Sequence record: SRR20825006_1239 | Length of the DNA stretch: 48,114 nt | Reading direction: 5' to 3' (one strand) | Shown: one piece after another, positions 1 through 10,088 of the stretch | How positions within the stretch are numbered: the stretch's first letter is position 1 | Layout: the number at the start of each line of letters is the position of its first letter | The notes under the pieces: model-generated | Database searches by the model: none | What the model was told of the DNA's origin: nothing | Seen by the model: only the letters and a program-made list of their open reading frames with translations | Translations under genes and position numbers: made by a program

Positions 1-38
1 TAATCCGCGTGTCGGGGGTTCGAGTCCCTCTGCCGCTA
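1..38 (+). tRNA. 3' half of a tRNA, probably tRNA-Met(CAT); truncated by the window edge
   Basis: TAA-TCCGC (end of anticodon loop and 3' anticodon stem), GTGTC variable loop, GGGGG-TTCGAGT-CCCTC T-arm, acceptor strand TGCCGCT plus discriminator A; followed by TCA, not CCA. Only the last anticodon base (T) is visible; Met identity is inferred from resemblance to bacterial tRNA-Met 3' halves. Confidence 0.85.
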
Positions 39-67
39 TCAACGGGCCTGACAGCTCGAGATGATTC

Positions 68-105
68 AAGCCAAACCCTGCGAAAACTGGGGTTTGGCTT
101 TTTTT
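68..105 (+). terminator. Intrinsic terminator after the tRNA
   Basis: 11-bp perfect stem AAGCCAAACCC (68-78) / GGGTTTGGCTT (90-100) followed by a T run to 105. Confidence 0.85.
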
Positions 106-220
106 GTGTGTCTGTTTTTCCGGTCGTTTTGCCGTTCTAGCTTCGGGTTTGGCTTCGCTCTTTTTGGCTGACTCGAGGAAGTTATTCGCGGAGGAGGACC
201 AGCGGGAGTCATCCGTGGCA

Positions 221-1399
221 TCATTTCGTCTCGAGTTCCGCTGTCAGCCCGAGTTCTGCATTCCCCAGATCTTCGGTGTTCCATCGTTGGAGCAGTTGCT
301 CGGCAATTTCTTGGTGGCCCTGTTCGGTCAAGTGAATCCGATCACTCCGGAATCGTTCTGGATCTTTGGGCTCGTCCTCGGCCTTTCCCCAGGCGGCAGC
401 GACGTCCACCAAATATGCGGATGAGTTGGTCTCCGCGATCTGCCGTACGATGTCGTTGTACTGACGATGTGTTTGCGGGATGTTGGCAACTTCTTCGGGG
501 CTCATCCCATAGAACTGGCCAAAAAATTCGTACGACCAGGGTGGCACCTTTCCATTCCGATAGGCGGAAGGTGCGGTGATGAAAATCACCGGCAGATTTC
601 GCTCTTTGACGTTCGCGAGGATCGCTTGAAGATTTTCTCGATAGTGGTCCAGCGGAACGCGGACAGGCGCGTCGCGAATTGATTTCAGTGGTGCAAGCTT
701 TGTCCGCAACGAGTACATGCACCAGAAAATTCGAGACTTGCCCAACCAGGTGCGTGCGCGATCGCTCAAAATTTGACGCTGCATCGTGTCCTGATCGGTC
801 TGGCCGTTGAGCGACTTCCAGTGATCGTTCCATCCGAAATAAACAAGGACCACGTCTGGTTCCCACGGCCACAACGTCTGCAACCGTCGTTCGCCCTGAA
901 AAGATGTGTAGCCAGGGCAGCTGGCGTTGGCGACTTCGATTTCACGGTTGGTCGATTGCCGCAAGAGATCTGCGAATCGAGCCGGATAGACTTTCTCGCC
1001 AAGAAAGCTGCATGAGTCACCGATCACTCCGATTCGGTAGGCACCATCCTCTTTTGACTTCTGAGACGGAGCCGGCAGACGTAGACCATCCGCCCCCGTG
1101 AACGGTGTGTCGGCGATTGGTTTCCAAAACAGATTCGGATCCGCTTCGAACAGAGGAACGTCCTGATAAAACTCACCCTCCCGTTCAATTCCGTCTGCAT
1201 CGAAAATCGGAATACCAGTGTCGTAACCAAATCGAAGCACACCGATGGCGGGTGGCTCGCCAATCCTCGCCGCACGCAACACGAGTTCAATCGTTCCAAG
1301 CACTCCCACAACAAATACGAAGGAAAACAGGATCTTCTTCCGAACCGACAGTTGTGGTTTGGACGGTGAGGAGGCTGAACGAGGGCTTGGCGAGGACAT
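221..1399 (-). CDS. Membrane-anchored SGNH/GDSL hydrolase family protein
   Basis: N-terminal hydrophobic segment (ILFSFVFVVGVLGTIELVL); block motifs VIGDS, PGYTS, YFGWND and DRIH (DxxH). Confidence 0.85.
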   Translation of the reverse strand: MSSPSPRSASSPSKPQLSVRKKILFSFVFVVGVLGTIELVLRAARIGEPPAIGVLRFGYDTGIPIFDADGIEREGEFYQDVPLFEADPNLFWKPIADTPFTGADGLRLPAPSQKSKEDGAYRIGVIGDSCSFLGEKVYPARFADLLRQSTNREIEVANASCPGYTSFQGERRLQTLWPWEPDVVLVYFGWNDHWKSLNGQTDQDTMQRQILSDRARTWLGKSRIFWCMYSLRTKLAPLKSIRDAPVRVPLDHYRENLQAILANVKERNLPVIFITAPSAYRNGKVPPWSYEFFGQFYGMSPEEVANIPQTHRQYNDIVRQIAETNSSAYLVDVAAAWGKAEDEPKDPERFRSDRIHLTEQGHQEIAEQLLQRWNTEDLGNAELGLTAELETK

Positions 1400-1675
1400 G
1401 ACTCACTTTGCAATGCTGCGGAAACGGTTTGGTAGGCTTTCCGTGCCGGGGTGCCATACGATGATGCTACTCCGGCTTGAGCGAAACGTGAACGTAGGAA
1501 CCCTGCTCGGTAAACGTCGCGAGCAGCATCGCCTCTGGACCGTGGCTGACATTTCTGGATCATCGAAGCAGCCGGAGCACCGCGAATGCGTCCGTTATAG
1601 CGAGCCACGCCAGGTTCTCGAATGAATCTGTATCAGTGATTGGACTCGTATCCCACGACGATCAAGAAACCATCA

Positions 1676-3088
1676 ATGAAGTTTTCGCCATTTGTCGCCG
1701 CCATTTTGATCCTGCTATCGCTGAACGAATGCCATGGCCAAGCTCCAGCAGTTCAGGATGGAGATGCGAACGCAATTTCAGGAAGCGACGCGACGAGTCG
1801 ACGTCCCAATGTCATCGTGATTCTCGCTGACGACCTAGCTGTGGGCGATCTCGCTGGTGGCGATGGTTCTCCGACCAGAACACCGAATCTGGATCGGTTC
1901 GCCAGCGAGTCAATTCAGTTCTCGCAGGCTTACAGTGGATCATGCGTGTGTGCACCCGCGCGGGCGGCATTGTTGACTGGACGGTATCCGCACCGCACCG
2001 GCGTGGTGACCCTGAACATGAACATGTATCCGGAGATGACTCGCCTGCGACGTGACGAAACAACGATCGCAGATGTCTTAAAAGATGCTGGCTATGCGAC
2101 TGGACTGGTTGGAAAGTGGCATACCGGTCGAGGCGATGGCTTTCATCCACTGGATCGCGGTTTCGACGAATTTGAAGGCTTCTTCGGTTCGGATGATGTT
2201 GGCTACTTTCGGTATCCCTTTTCGGAACAGCGGCAAATCAGCGACGTCGATGAAAGCTATCTGACCGATGATTTGAGCCGCCGAGCGATCGAATTTGTTC
2301 GTAGGCACCATGAGCATCCGTTTTTTCTGCACCTCGCACACTACGCTCCTCATCGTCCACTTGAAGCACCGCCCGAAGTCATCGCTCGGTACCGCGAACA
2401 AGGTTTCGACGAATCCACTGCGACTATCTATGCCATGATTGAAGTGATGGATCGCGGGATTGGAGAGTTGTTGGCGGAGATCGATGATTTGGGATTGTCC
2501 GAAGATACCATCGTCCTCTTCGCGAGTGACAACGGCCCCGATCCGTTGACCGGCGAACGCTTCAATCGCGAATTGCGAGGCACCAAGTATCAGGTCAACG
2601 AGGGCGGCATCCGAGTGCCTTTGTTTGTTCGCTGGTCAAAACGGCTTGCTCCCGGACAGCGTGATCAGATGGTCACGTTTGTTGATCTGATGCCGACGAT
2701 CCTGGATCTTTGTCGAGTCGATGTTTCCATGTTGAATCGACTGGACGGCGAAAGTTTCGTGCCGGTTCTGAAAGACGCATCAATCGCACATTCGACGATG
2801 CGGTTTTGGCAATGGAATCGAGCATCGCCAAACTACACACACAACGCGGCGGTCCGGCATGGGCGATACAAACTTGTTCGTCCCTACGTGACGCGAGGTT
2901 CAAAATTGAAAGACTCCACCGAGCCGAGTGTTCTGTTTGATCTACAAAACGATCCGACGGAATCACGGGATGTGTCGAAGCAATATCCCGACGTTGCTGA
3001 AAGGATGAGTCGCGAACTGGAACGATGGTCGGCAAGTGTTGAAACAGACCGGAGACGTCCTGTGAAGATACCGCGAGATGTTCAATGA
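1676..3088 (+). CDS. Exported formylglycine-dependent (type I) sulfatase / arylsulfatase-like protein
   Basis: Signal peptide, PNVIVILADD, CAPARAALLTGR (CxPxR), GKWH, APH, SDNG, KYQVNEGGIRVP, LFDLQNDPTE. ATG 1676 preferred over TTG 1640. Confidence 0.93.
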   Translation: MKFSPFVAAILILLSLNECHGQAPAVQDGDANAISGSDATSRRPNVIVILADDLAVGDLAGGDGSPTRTPNLDRFASESIQFSQAYSGSCVCAPARAALLTGRYPHRTGVVTLNMNMYPEMTRLRRDETTIADVLKDAGYATGLVGKWHTGRGDGFHPLDRGFDEFEGFFGSDDVGYFRYPFSEQRQISDVDESYLTDDLSRRAIEFVRRHHEHPFFLHLAHYAPHRPLEAPPEVIARYREQGFDESTATIYAMIEVMDRGIGELLAEIDDLGLSEDTIVLFASDNGPDPLTGERFNRELRGTKYQVNEGGIRVPLFVRWSKRLAPGQRDQMVTFVDLMPTILDLCRVDVSMLNRLDGESFVPVLKDASIAHSTMRFWQWNRASPNYTHNAAVRHGRYKLVRPYVTRGSKLKDSTEPSVLFDLQNDPTESRDVSKQYPDVAERMSRELERWSASVETDRRRPVKIPRDVQ

Positions 3089-3440
3089 ACTCTTCGCTGG
3101 CCACTGCAACTTGTTTGCTTGAATTAGCGATCAACCGATGTGGCATCGTATCGGTTGTGTCGGCATTCTGATGTTTGCGGCGTGCTCCACTGTTCATCCG
3201 TAAAGCATCGCGTGTGAAGTTATACGGTCTTTGGCGAGGACAAACCGCCAATTGCGTGGATTCCCTTTGCGGCTGTCAGCACAATCTGTGCGATGACGAG
3301 TTACAATTGCTCCTTCAATAGGGGATGGCGACCACACCTCGCGGACTGCTCTGCCTGAGTGGGGCGATTGGTGTCGGGTGGTCAACGAATGATTCGTGGC
3401 GATGGGGACAGGAATGGCGGGCAATCCGATTGAATATCAA

Positions 3441-4943
3441 ATGCCGGGTGGATCATCGGGGCGAAAACGATGGTCGCGACCGCTGATGAGTTTGCTTGCT
3501 TGGTTAATGGTGAGCGGGCTCACCACGAGCCTTTGCTTGTCTCGAAATGCCCAAGCGGACTACGCGATTTATCAGATTCCGGGAACGGATGCGGGTTTGT
3601 TGCTGGAAGGCGAGACGAACTACAACCCTGGCGGGACGGTCACCTTTCGCCATCCGCGAGGGTCGCTGTATTTCAACGCTCGGGATCTGCAAGTGATCCA
3701 AACGCCGACGCGTCAAACGATCTTCAAACGCAAGTCGGGGAAAATCCTCAGCGAGAAGACGGTTGAGAACTACATCAAATTGGCTCAGTGGGCACTTCAG
3801 CACGGGATGTTGAAGGAGTGCAAGTCTTTGCTCAGCGACGCATGGAAGTTGGATCCGACGGACGAAAAAATCAAAAAGTTGGCGTCGTTGATGGTCCACA
3901 TCAACCGTCCCGTTCCAAACAATTCTGCCAGCGAGGCTCATGTTCGAGATCTGATCGGTGGAAGTCGAATGGAGATGTCGCGGAGCAAGCATTTCGCATT
4001 GTTCCACGACCCGCAAAGTGAAAAAGACGCGGTGACCAAGATGACTCGCGCGGAAATGCGTCTGGAGTTGTTGGAGAAGGTCTACGAGTCTTACTTCCTA
4101 ACGTTCGCACTTCGTGGGTTTTATTTACGGCCGCCAAACGAACCGCTCAACGCCGTTCTGTTTTCAGAGCACAAAGATTTTCTCTTGATGGAACGACGTC
4201 TCGAGATGGGCCTGAAACAAATTGCGGGCTTTTACCTTCCCGAGGAAAACGTTTCGTTCTTTTACGACTCCGGCACAACCGAGGTCTTTTTGTATCTGAA
4301 GCAGTTGACGGACAAACTGGATGAAATGAAGGAGCAGGCCAAACGGACTCGGAGTCCGAACGCTGCTCACATCATTCGGTTCGCTAACACGGTTTCGTTG
4401 TTGATCGACATTGAACACGAGAGCGAAGACGTTGCTACGGTTTCGCATGAAGCGGTTCACCAACTTGCCGCCAACACGGGTTTGTTTCCGAGGGATGGCG
4501 TTTTCATTCGATGGGTTCACGAGGGATTGGCGTCGTACTTTGAGTCATCGAAGTTGGCGGTTTGGAGTGGTGTGGGGGTGGTGGATCAAAATCGGATCAG
4601 CTACTACCGCGCGCTGGAAGGCGATCCCGTCCGCGGCAGTGTGGAGTTCATCGTTTCGGATCTTGGGTTCATCGTCGAAACCGCCCTTGGCGACCAGCTT
4701 CCCGCATACGGACAAGCATGGGCCCTGACACACTACTTGTTCACGGAGCGATTCGATGAACTGATTCGGTTTTATGGCAAGTCACGAAAGATTCCGGTGG
4801 ACACGCCCCCGAAGGAGAAGGGAATGGAACTCGTCGAGTTGTTCAATGAATGCTTTGGCGACCGTGTCACACTCGAATTGGAGTGGCGTCGTTACATGCG
4901 AACGTTGAGGACAGACATGGAACAATTGGCAGAGGAATTGTGA
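3441..4943 (+). CDS. Exported DUF1570-type protein (gluzincin-like HEXXH metallopeptidase motif)
   Basis: Signal peptide ending AQA-D; HEAVHQL followed by WVHEGLASYFE; YGQAWALTHYL motif typical of planctomycete DUF1570 proteins. Start uncertain (3396-3486). Confidence 0.75.
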   Translation: MPGGSSGRKRWSRPLMSLLAWLMVSGLTTSLCLSRNAQADYAIYQIPGTDAGLLLEGETNYNPGGTVTFRHPRGSLYFNARDLQVIQTPTRQTIFKRKSGKILSEKTVENYIKLAQWALQHGMLKECKSLLSDAWKLDPTDEKIKKLASLMVHINRPVPNNSASEAHVRDLIGGSRMEMSRSKHFALFHDPQSEKDAVTKMTRAEMRLELLEKVYESYFLTFALRGFYLRPPNEPLNAVLFSEHKDFLLMERRLEMGLKQIAGFYLPEENVSFFYDSGTTEVFLYLKQLTDKLDEMKEQAKRTRSPNAAHIIRFANTVSLLIDIEHESEDVATVSHEAVHQLAANTGLFPRDGVFIRWVHEGLASYFESSKLAVWSGVGVVDQNRISYYRALEGDPVRGSVEFIVSDLGFIVETALGDQLPAYGQAWALTHYLFTERFDELIRFYGKSRKIPVDTPPKEKGMELVELFNECFGDRVTLELEWRRYMRTLRTDMEQLAEEL

Positions 4944-4945
4944 GG

Positions 4946-6400
4946 ATGTCGAGGATTGACAATTGGCATTGCTGCGGGATCGGGATGATCGCGGGAACGC
5001 TTGGAATGCTGAACGTGGCTTCCGGTCAAGACGTCGTTTACACGCCCGCCGTCGGTCAAACGTTTGACTATGGAATCGAATACCGAATCGTTGAACGAAC
5101 CGAAGGCGAACGCAATCCAATCATGGTGCGGCAAAGATGCCGATTGCGATACGTGGTGAAGAGCTCCGATTCCGAGGAATGGTCCGGGACCTACCAAACG
5201 ATTCCCTTCATGGGAAACAAGCTTGCGAACAAAGGTGCGTTGGCGAATTACCATCGACGCACGCGGGAGTCTTATGAGGCGGGACCAAACCATTCATTTG
5301 GGTCGCCGCCTGGTGATCCAGGGATGGCTCATTTTCATCAGGCCGCCAGCCAGCGGGCAGAAGCGGTGCGAATGGAGCAACAGCGTCGAACGCTTTACGA
5401 GTTGGAACGGTATCCAGGGCTCTTTCAATTTTGTGGGGGCGAGATCTGGTGCACCACGTCCGGGAAAATTCGAGGCAAGGGGGCCAAAGGCGAACTCCCC
5501 TTTGCCACCGGTGCCATCGCGGGATTGATCTTTCTTCAGTTGCCCGACGATGGCAAAACGACGTCTGGATTCAGTTCTCGTAGTGAGAGCGAGTTAAATT
5601 TTGTTTCATCGGACAATGATCAAGTTGCGACGTCGAGAATCTCAATCTTCTCGCTGATGACTCCACGGGATCCGATGAAAGAAGGCCAATTGGCGTTTGA
5701 TCGAGAAGTCGAAATCGCTGGTGGTGTTTCCGCTGGAAAGCAACTCACACTTTCAGGTTCTGGGATGTGGGAGTTCTCGCCTGAAATGGGCATGCCGTAT
5801 GCCGGAAGCGTCGACTACAAGATCGAAGGAGCGAGTTACATCGGCAAAGCAACCCAGTTTGATTTGCGAGTTGGGTTTCATTACCTCGATCCGGTTCGAG
5901 CGATGTTGTTCGACCACGATCTGCTTCCCACGATGGAGGCTTTTGACGCCACCAATTTGCCGCGACTGACTTCGAAGCAACAGTCCGAAATGGCAAAGTA
6001 TTGGGAGCCGCGGTCCAAGAACAGTGTGTTCCGTCCCGATCGGTCTCTAGGAATTCAGTTCACGCGAATCGCAACCAGCAGCGCACCTCCGCCGGCGAAT
6101 TCAAAGTTGCAGCGGTTGCTGAAGCAGGAACTCGATGACGACTCCGATTGGAAAAACGACGTTCAGTTCGAACAAATCTTGAGCCGTTGGGATTCCATTC
6201 GGAAAGCCGCGACGAAGTTCCCGCGTGAGTGGTCGGACCCCAGCGGTACGTTTACCATCAAAGCGATGTTGCAATCGGTGGGGAAGTCGGACGTTTCGCT
6301 TTTGAGGCTGGACAATCGACAAACCATCTCGGTGCCGCTCGAAAAACTCAGCGAAGAAGACGTTGAATTCGCTCGGACGTTTGGCGTTCAGGCACAATGA
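4946..6400 (+). CDS. Hypothetical exported protein with a C-terminal SHD1 (SLA1 homology domain 1)
   Basis: C-terminus REWSDPSGTFTIKAML...DVSLLRLDNRQTISVPLEKLSEEDVEF matches the SHD1 pattern. ATG lies 2 nt after the upstream stop. Confidence 0.75.
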   Translation: MSRIDNWHCCGIGMIAGTLGMLNVASGQDVVYTPAVGQTFDYGIEYRIVERTEGERNPIMVRQRCRLRYVVKSSDSEEWSGTYQTIPFMGNKLANKGALANYHRRTRESYEAGPNHSFGSPPGDPGMAHFHQAASQRAEAVRMEQQRRTLYELERYPGLFQFCGGEIWCTTSGKIRGKGAKGELPFATGAIAGLIFLQLPDDGKTTSGFSSRSESELNFVSSDNDQVATSRISIFSLMTPRDPMKEGQLAFDREVEIAGGVSAGKQLTLSGSGMWEFSPEMGMPYAGSVDYKIEGASYIGKATQFDLRVGFHYLDPVRAMLFDHDLLPTMEAFDATNLPRLTSKQQSEMAKYWEPRSKNSVFRPDRSLGIQFTRIATSSAPPPANSKLQRLLKQELDDDSDWKNDVQFEQILSRWDSIRKAATKFPREWSDPSGTFTIKAMLQSVGKSDVSLLRLDNRQTISVPLEKLSEEDVEFARTFGVQAQ

Positions 6401-6416
6401 CCAATGATCGTGTGGA

Positions 6417-7166
6417 TCACGGATCGTTTTTGATTCCCAAGCCGTGTTGTAGCACCATCTTTCGCGAATAAGCGAGCACTTCGACACCGATCTCGGTCAC
6501 GATGATTCGACCTTTGGCGAGCCATGAGCTTGCGAAGGACCACACGGCGATCCATTCGGCCCAGAATAAAAAGTTGTAGCCATTGAGCCAGTCCTTCCAG
6601 TCCTGAGGGACAAGCAACATGTAGCCACCCATGGCGAAGGTGATCAACAGAATCGTCAATCCGCTGGCACGAAACGCCATCGAGCGTTCGAACAAATGGG
6701 ACTCGGCTTCACGCTTGGAATCGCGTGGAAAGTGGTACAGCGAGTAAAACGCGAGCGTCGTGAAAAACACGCCGCCACTGAACGTATGGACGTAGCCCAC
6801 AAAAGACTTTTGAATCAATGGATCGCTGCCATAGTCCAACGGAAACAGAGCGATGCCGATCGCCGCGACCGCACCAATATTCGCCGTCCAGTTCTCGATC
6901 CGGTCGTATCCGCGATAGCAGAATAAGAAGATACCAATTGCGCAAAGCGTTCCTACAAACACGTCCCGCAACGGAGTGTGATAGTAGCTGCTCATGTTTT
7001 CTTGGATTTCGATCCCGAGCAGCATGCCACCGGGGCCCAAAACGAGTGGCAGCACCAAACCGCTGAGCCCAATTGCTCGTCGAATATCCAGGTACGACAA
7101 CACCAGCCGATCCATCATCGTGGCGGACGAATCGTTTGGAGGTGATGTCGAATCAGAAAGGCTCAT
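6417..7166 (-). CDS. Multi-pass membrane protein (DUF998-like hypothetical)
   Basis: About six hydrophobic segments; SYLDIRRAIG, SSYYHT-RDVFVG-LCAIG-FL-CY-GY pattern. Alternative GTG start at 7181. Confidence 0.7.
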   Translation of the reverse strand: MSLSDSTSPPNDSSATMMDRLVLSYLDIRRAIGLSGLVLPLVLGPGGMLLGIEIQENMSSYYHTPLRDVFVGTLCAIGIFLFCYRGYDRIENWTANIGAVAAIGIALFPLDYGSDPLIQKSFVGYVHTFSGGVFFTTLAFYSLYHFPRDSKREAESHLFERSMAFRASGLTILLITFAMGGYMLLVPQDWKDWLNGYNFLFWAEWIAVWSFASSWLAKGRIIVTEIGVEVLAYSRKMVLQHGLGIKNDP

Positions 7167-7694
7167 CAGGGTCTCTTGCACCGTTGCGGCGGTCGACAGG
7201 TGGTGAAAGTATGTGTCAATCTCTTTCTATCTTCGGTTCGTGTCCAGGGTCCAGCCGGATCCACAATGGGCGGGAGACAAAGTGGGAAGCCCAATCCACC
7301 GGCGAATCTGCTTACAATGAGCATCAGCGAAGCATCTCGCCCTGAGTCGATCTCTGGCCGTTGCTAGTCGAGTTGGCCGAGAAGCAAGCTCAGTTGTCCC
7401 ACCTCCATTCCCTCCCATCGATCGATTGGTCTTCGACGCTCTAGACATCTCCGCCAATGATGCAGGCTGTTGGTTCACCGTCTACTGCGGTGGCGGCTGC
7501 AAGAATGGAGATAATCTCAGTCGAAGCTTCGAAGACCATTTGCCAATCGCAGTCGTCCCACGCTTGGTCCTGCACGCTTCATAGCGTGGAGGCAAAAACA
7601 ATGTGACGAATGTTGGTTGACGCGTTCGATCCAGCCAAAGGATTTCGCCGTGACCATGCGTCCTCAGCATTCTGGTGTGCAGTCTTCCGCGTCC

Positions 7695-8996
7695 ATGCAT
7701 CCGAAGATTCGGACGCGAGATCGTCGGTTATTTTTGAAAGCGGGGGCAGCACTGGGTGCGACTGTTACCGCTCGAACCGTGTTCGCAGAAACGGCTCCGA
7801 AAAAGTCCCTCAACGAAGTCATTCGAGTTGGGATCATGGGAGTCAACAATCGCGGAGCGGCGTTGGCGAAAGGATTCATCAAAGATCCCGGTTCGGACGT
7901 GGTCGCGATTTGCGATGTGGATTCGCGAGCGTCGGACAAAGTGGCAAACTCCGTTGCCGATACTCAAGGCCATCGACCCAAAACGTTTGTTGATGTTCGA
8001 AAGTTGTTGGAAGAAGAGAACGTGGACGCTCTTGTTGTGGCAGCTCCAAACCATTGGCACGCACCGGCGACGATTTTGGGATGTGCCGCCGGGAAGCATG
8101 TGTACGTTGAAAAGCCATGCAGTCAGACCGCGGAGGAAGGTGTGTTGGCGGTCGAAGCAGCACGGAAGCACAACCGAGTCGTGCAAATGGGATCGCAACG
8201 TCGTAGTTGGCCGGCAGTCATCCGCGCGATCGAATTGGTGCATTCGGGCGGCATCGGTGACGTTTCTTATTCACGCAGTTGGTACAACAACCGGCGTCCA
8301 TCGATCGGCCATGGCAAAACAGCATCCGTACCGGATTGGTTGAACTGGGATCTTTGGCAAGGTCCCGCACCGCGACGCGAGTACGTGGACAACGTGGTTC
8401 ATTACAACTGGCATTGGCGTTGGCATTGGGGCAACGGCGAACTGGGGAACAACGGTATTCACGTGCTGGATTTGGCTCGTTGGGGATTGCAGGTCACAAC
8501 GCCCAGTCGAGTTCGTTCCGGTGGCGGCAAGTACCGTCATGACGACGATCAAGAAACGCCCGACACGATGATGGTGACGTACGATTTCCCCGAGGGAAAA
8601 ACCGCGACCTGGGAAGGTTTGAGTTGGTCTCCTTTGGGGCCACACGATGCGGCGGTAGGTGTCAGCTTCCACGGTAGCGAAGGTTCGATCATCGTCCGAG
8701 GAAATGGCTTCACTCGTTTTGATGATCGCAACAAGGAAATCGAGACCGTCAACGATGAGGGCGGAGACACCAGTCATTTGGCTGATTTCTTGGACGCCAT
8801 CCGCACCGGTCGCCGACCTAATGCGGACATTCAGGAAGCGCATCTGAGCACGCTGCTGTGTCACTTGGGAAACATGGCCTATCGCAGTTCATCGGAACTG
8901 GAAATTGATTCCGCCACCGGCAAACCCGTCGGGAACCCCGAAGCGCTTGCGTATTGGGGTCGCGAGTATCAATCGGGTTGGAAGCCGGTGGTCTGA
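7695..8996 (+). CDS. Tat-exported Gfo/Idh/MocA family oxidoreductase
   Basis: RRLFLK Tat motif; IRVGIMG Rossmann strand; PNHWH; HVYVEKP; QMGSQRRS; W-GPAP; GELGNNGIH-LD. Alternative starts at 7617/7656. Confidence 0.92.
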   Translation: MHPKIRTRDRRLFLKAGAALGATVTARTVFAETAPKKSLNEVIRVGIMGVNNRGAALAKGFIKDPGSDVVAICDVDSRASDKVANSVADTQGHRPKTFVDVRKLLEEENVDALVVAAPNHWHAPATILGCAAGKHVYVEKPCSQTAEEGVLAVEAARKHNRVVQMGSQRRSWPAVIRAIELVHSGGIGDVSYSRSWYNNRRPSIGHGKTASVPDWLNWDLWQGPAPRREYVDNVVHYNWHWRWHWGNGELGNNGIHVLDLARWGLQVTTPSRVRSGGGKYRHDDDQETPDTMMVTYDFPEGKTATWEGLSWSPLGPHDAAVGVSFHGSEGSIIVRGNGFTRFDDRNKEIETVNDEGGDTSHLADFLDAIRTGRRPNADIQEAHLSTLLCHLGNMAYRSSSELEIDSATGKPVGNPEALAYWGREYQSGWKPVV

Positions 8997-9062
8997 GCCT
9001 TCTCTGTAGGTCCAGCCTGGTTCGTTCATCTTGTTCTTCGTCTTTGTTTTGAAAGTGGTTCC

Positions 9063-10088
9063 ATGCGATTTGGTTTGGTGGGTGTGGTGATGTTTTTGTG
9101 CGCCAGCGTGCTGTCGTCGGTCAACAACGCTCGTGGCGATGAGCCCGTTCGGATCGGCATCATCGGTCTGGACACGTCTCACACGCCGGCGTTTGCGAAA
9201 GAGTTCAATGCCGAGCATTCGAACGATGATGCCTTGGCTGGGTTCCGTGTCGTTGCGGCTTACCCGTACGGAAGCAAAACGATTGAATCCAGTAGCAGTC
9301 GAATTCCAGGTTACACCGAACAACTGAAATCAATGGGAATCGAGATCGTTGATTCCATCAGCGAGTTGCTGTCCAAAGTCGATTGTGTCTTGTTGGAAAC
9401 CAACGATGGAACAATTCATCACGAACAGGCACTGAAAGTTTTCGCGGCTGGGAAAACCGTTTTCATCGACAAGCCTGTTGGATCGAACTTGGCTGAAACG
9501 ATCGCCATTTTCGATGCGGCGAAGCACTACAACGTGCCGGTTTTTTCGAGCTCATCCTTGCGGTACAGCAACGGTGCGCAGGCCATTCGGTCTGGTTCGG
9601 TGGGACGAGTCCTTGGTTGCAGCGCTCATAGTCCTTGCAAGATCGAACCGTCACACGTGGATTTGTATTGGTATGGGATCCACGGCGTCGAAACGCTTTA
9701 CACGTGCATGGGCGTTGGTTGCAAAACGGTTTCTCACACCTCAACCGATGATTTCGAATTAGCCGTTGGTCGTTGGGACGACGGCCGGATTGGAACGTTC
9801 CGAGGAATCCGGGCCGGCAGTTCAGGCTACGGCGGAATGGTTTATGGAGAGAAAACGATTTCGGAAATTGGCAAATACGACGGCTACCGTCCGTTGCTCG
9901 TTGAGATCGCGCAATTCTTTCGTACAGGAAAGTCACCGGTCGATTCCGCTGAAACAATCGAGTTGTACGCGTTCATGCAAGCGGCTTACGAAAGCAAGCA
10001 GCAAGGCGGAGTTCCGGTGGAAATTGCAGCCGTCATGAAGAAGGCTGAAACGCAAGCGAACGAGCTGAACGCCTCGCTTTTGAAGTGA
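9063..10088 (+). CDS. Gfo/Idh/MocA family oxidoreductase-like protein with a Sec-type signal peptide
   Basis: Hydrophobic leader ending ARG-D; VRIGIIGLDTSH; VFIDKP; SSSSLRY; WYGIHGVE. Confidence 0.85.
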   Translation: MRFGLVGVVMFLCASVLSSVNNARGDEPVRIGIIGLDTSHTPAFAKEFNAEHSNDDALAGFRVVAAYPYGSKTIESSSSRIPGYTEQLKSMGIEIVDSISELLSKVDCVLLETNDGTIHHEQALKVFAAGKTVFIDKPVGSNLAETIAIFDAAKHYNVPVFSSSSLRYSNGAQAIRSGSVGRVLGCSAHSPCKIEPSHVDLYWYGIHGVETLYTCMGVGCKTVSHTSTDDFELAVGRWDDGRIGTFRGIRAGSSGYGGMVYGEKTISEIGKYDGYRPLLVEIAQFFRTGKSPVDSAETIELYAFMQAAYESKQQGGVPVEIAAVMKKAETQANELNASLLK

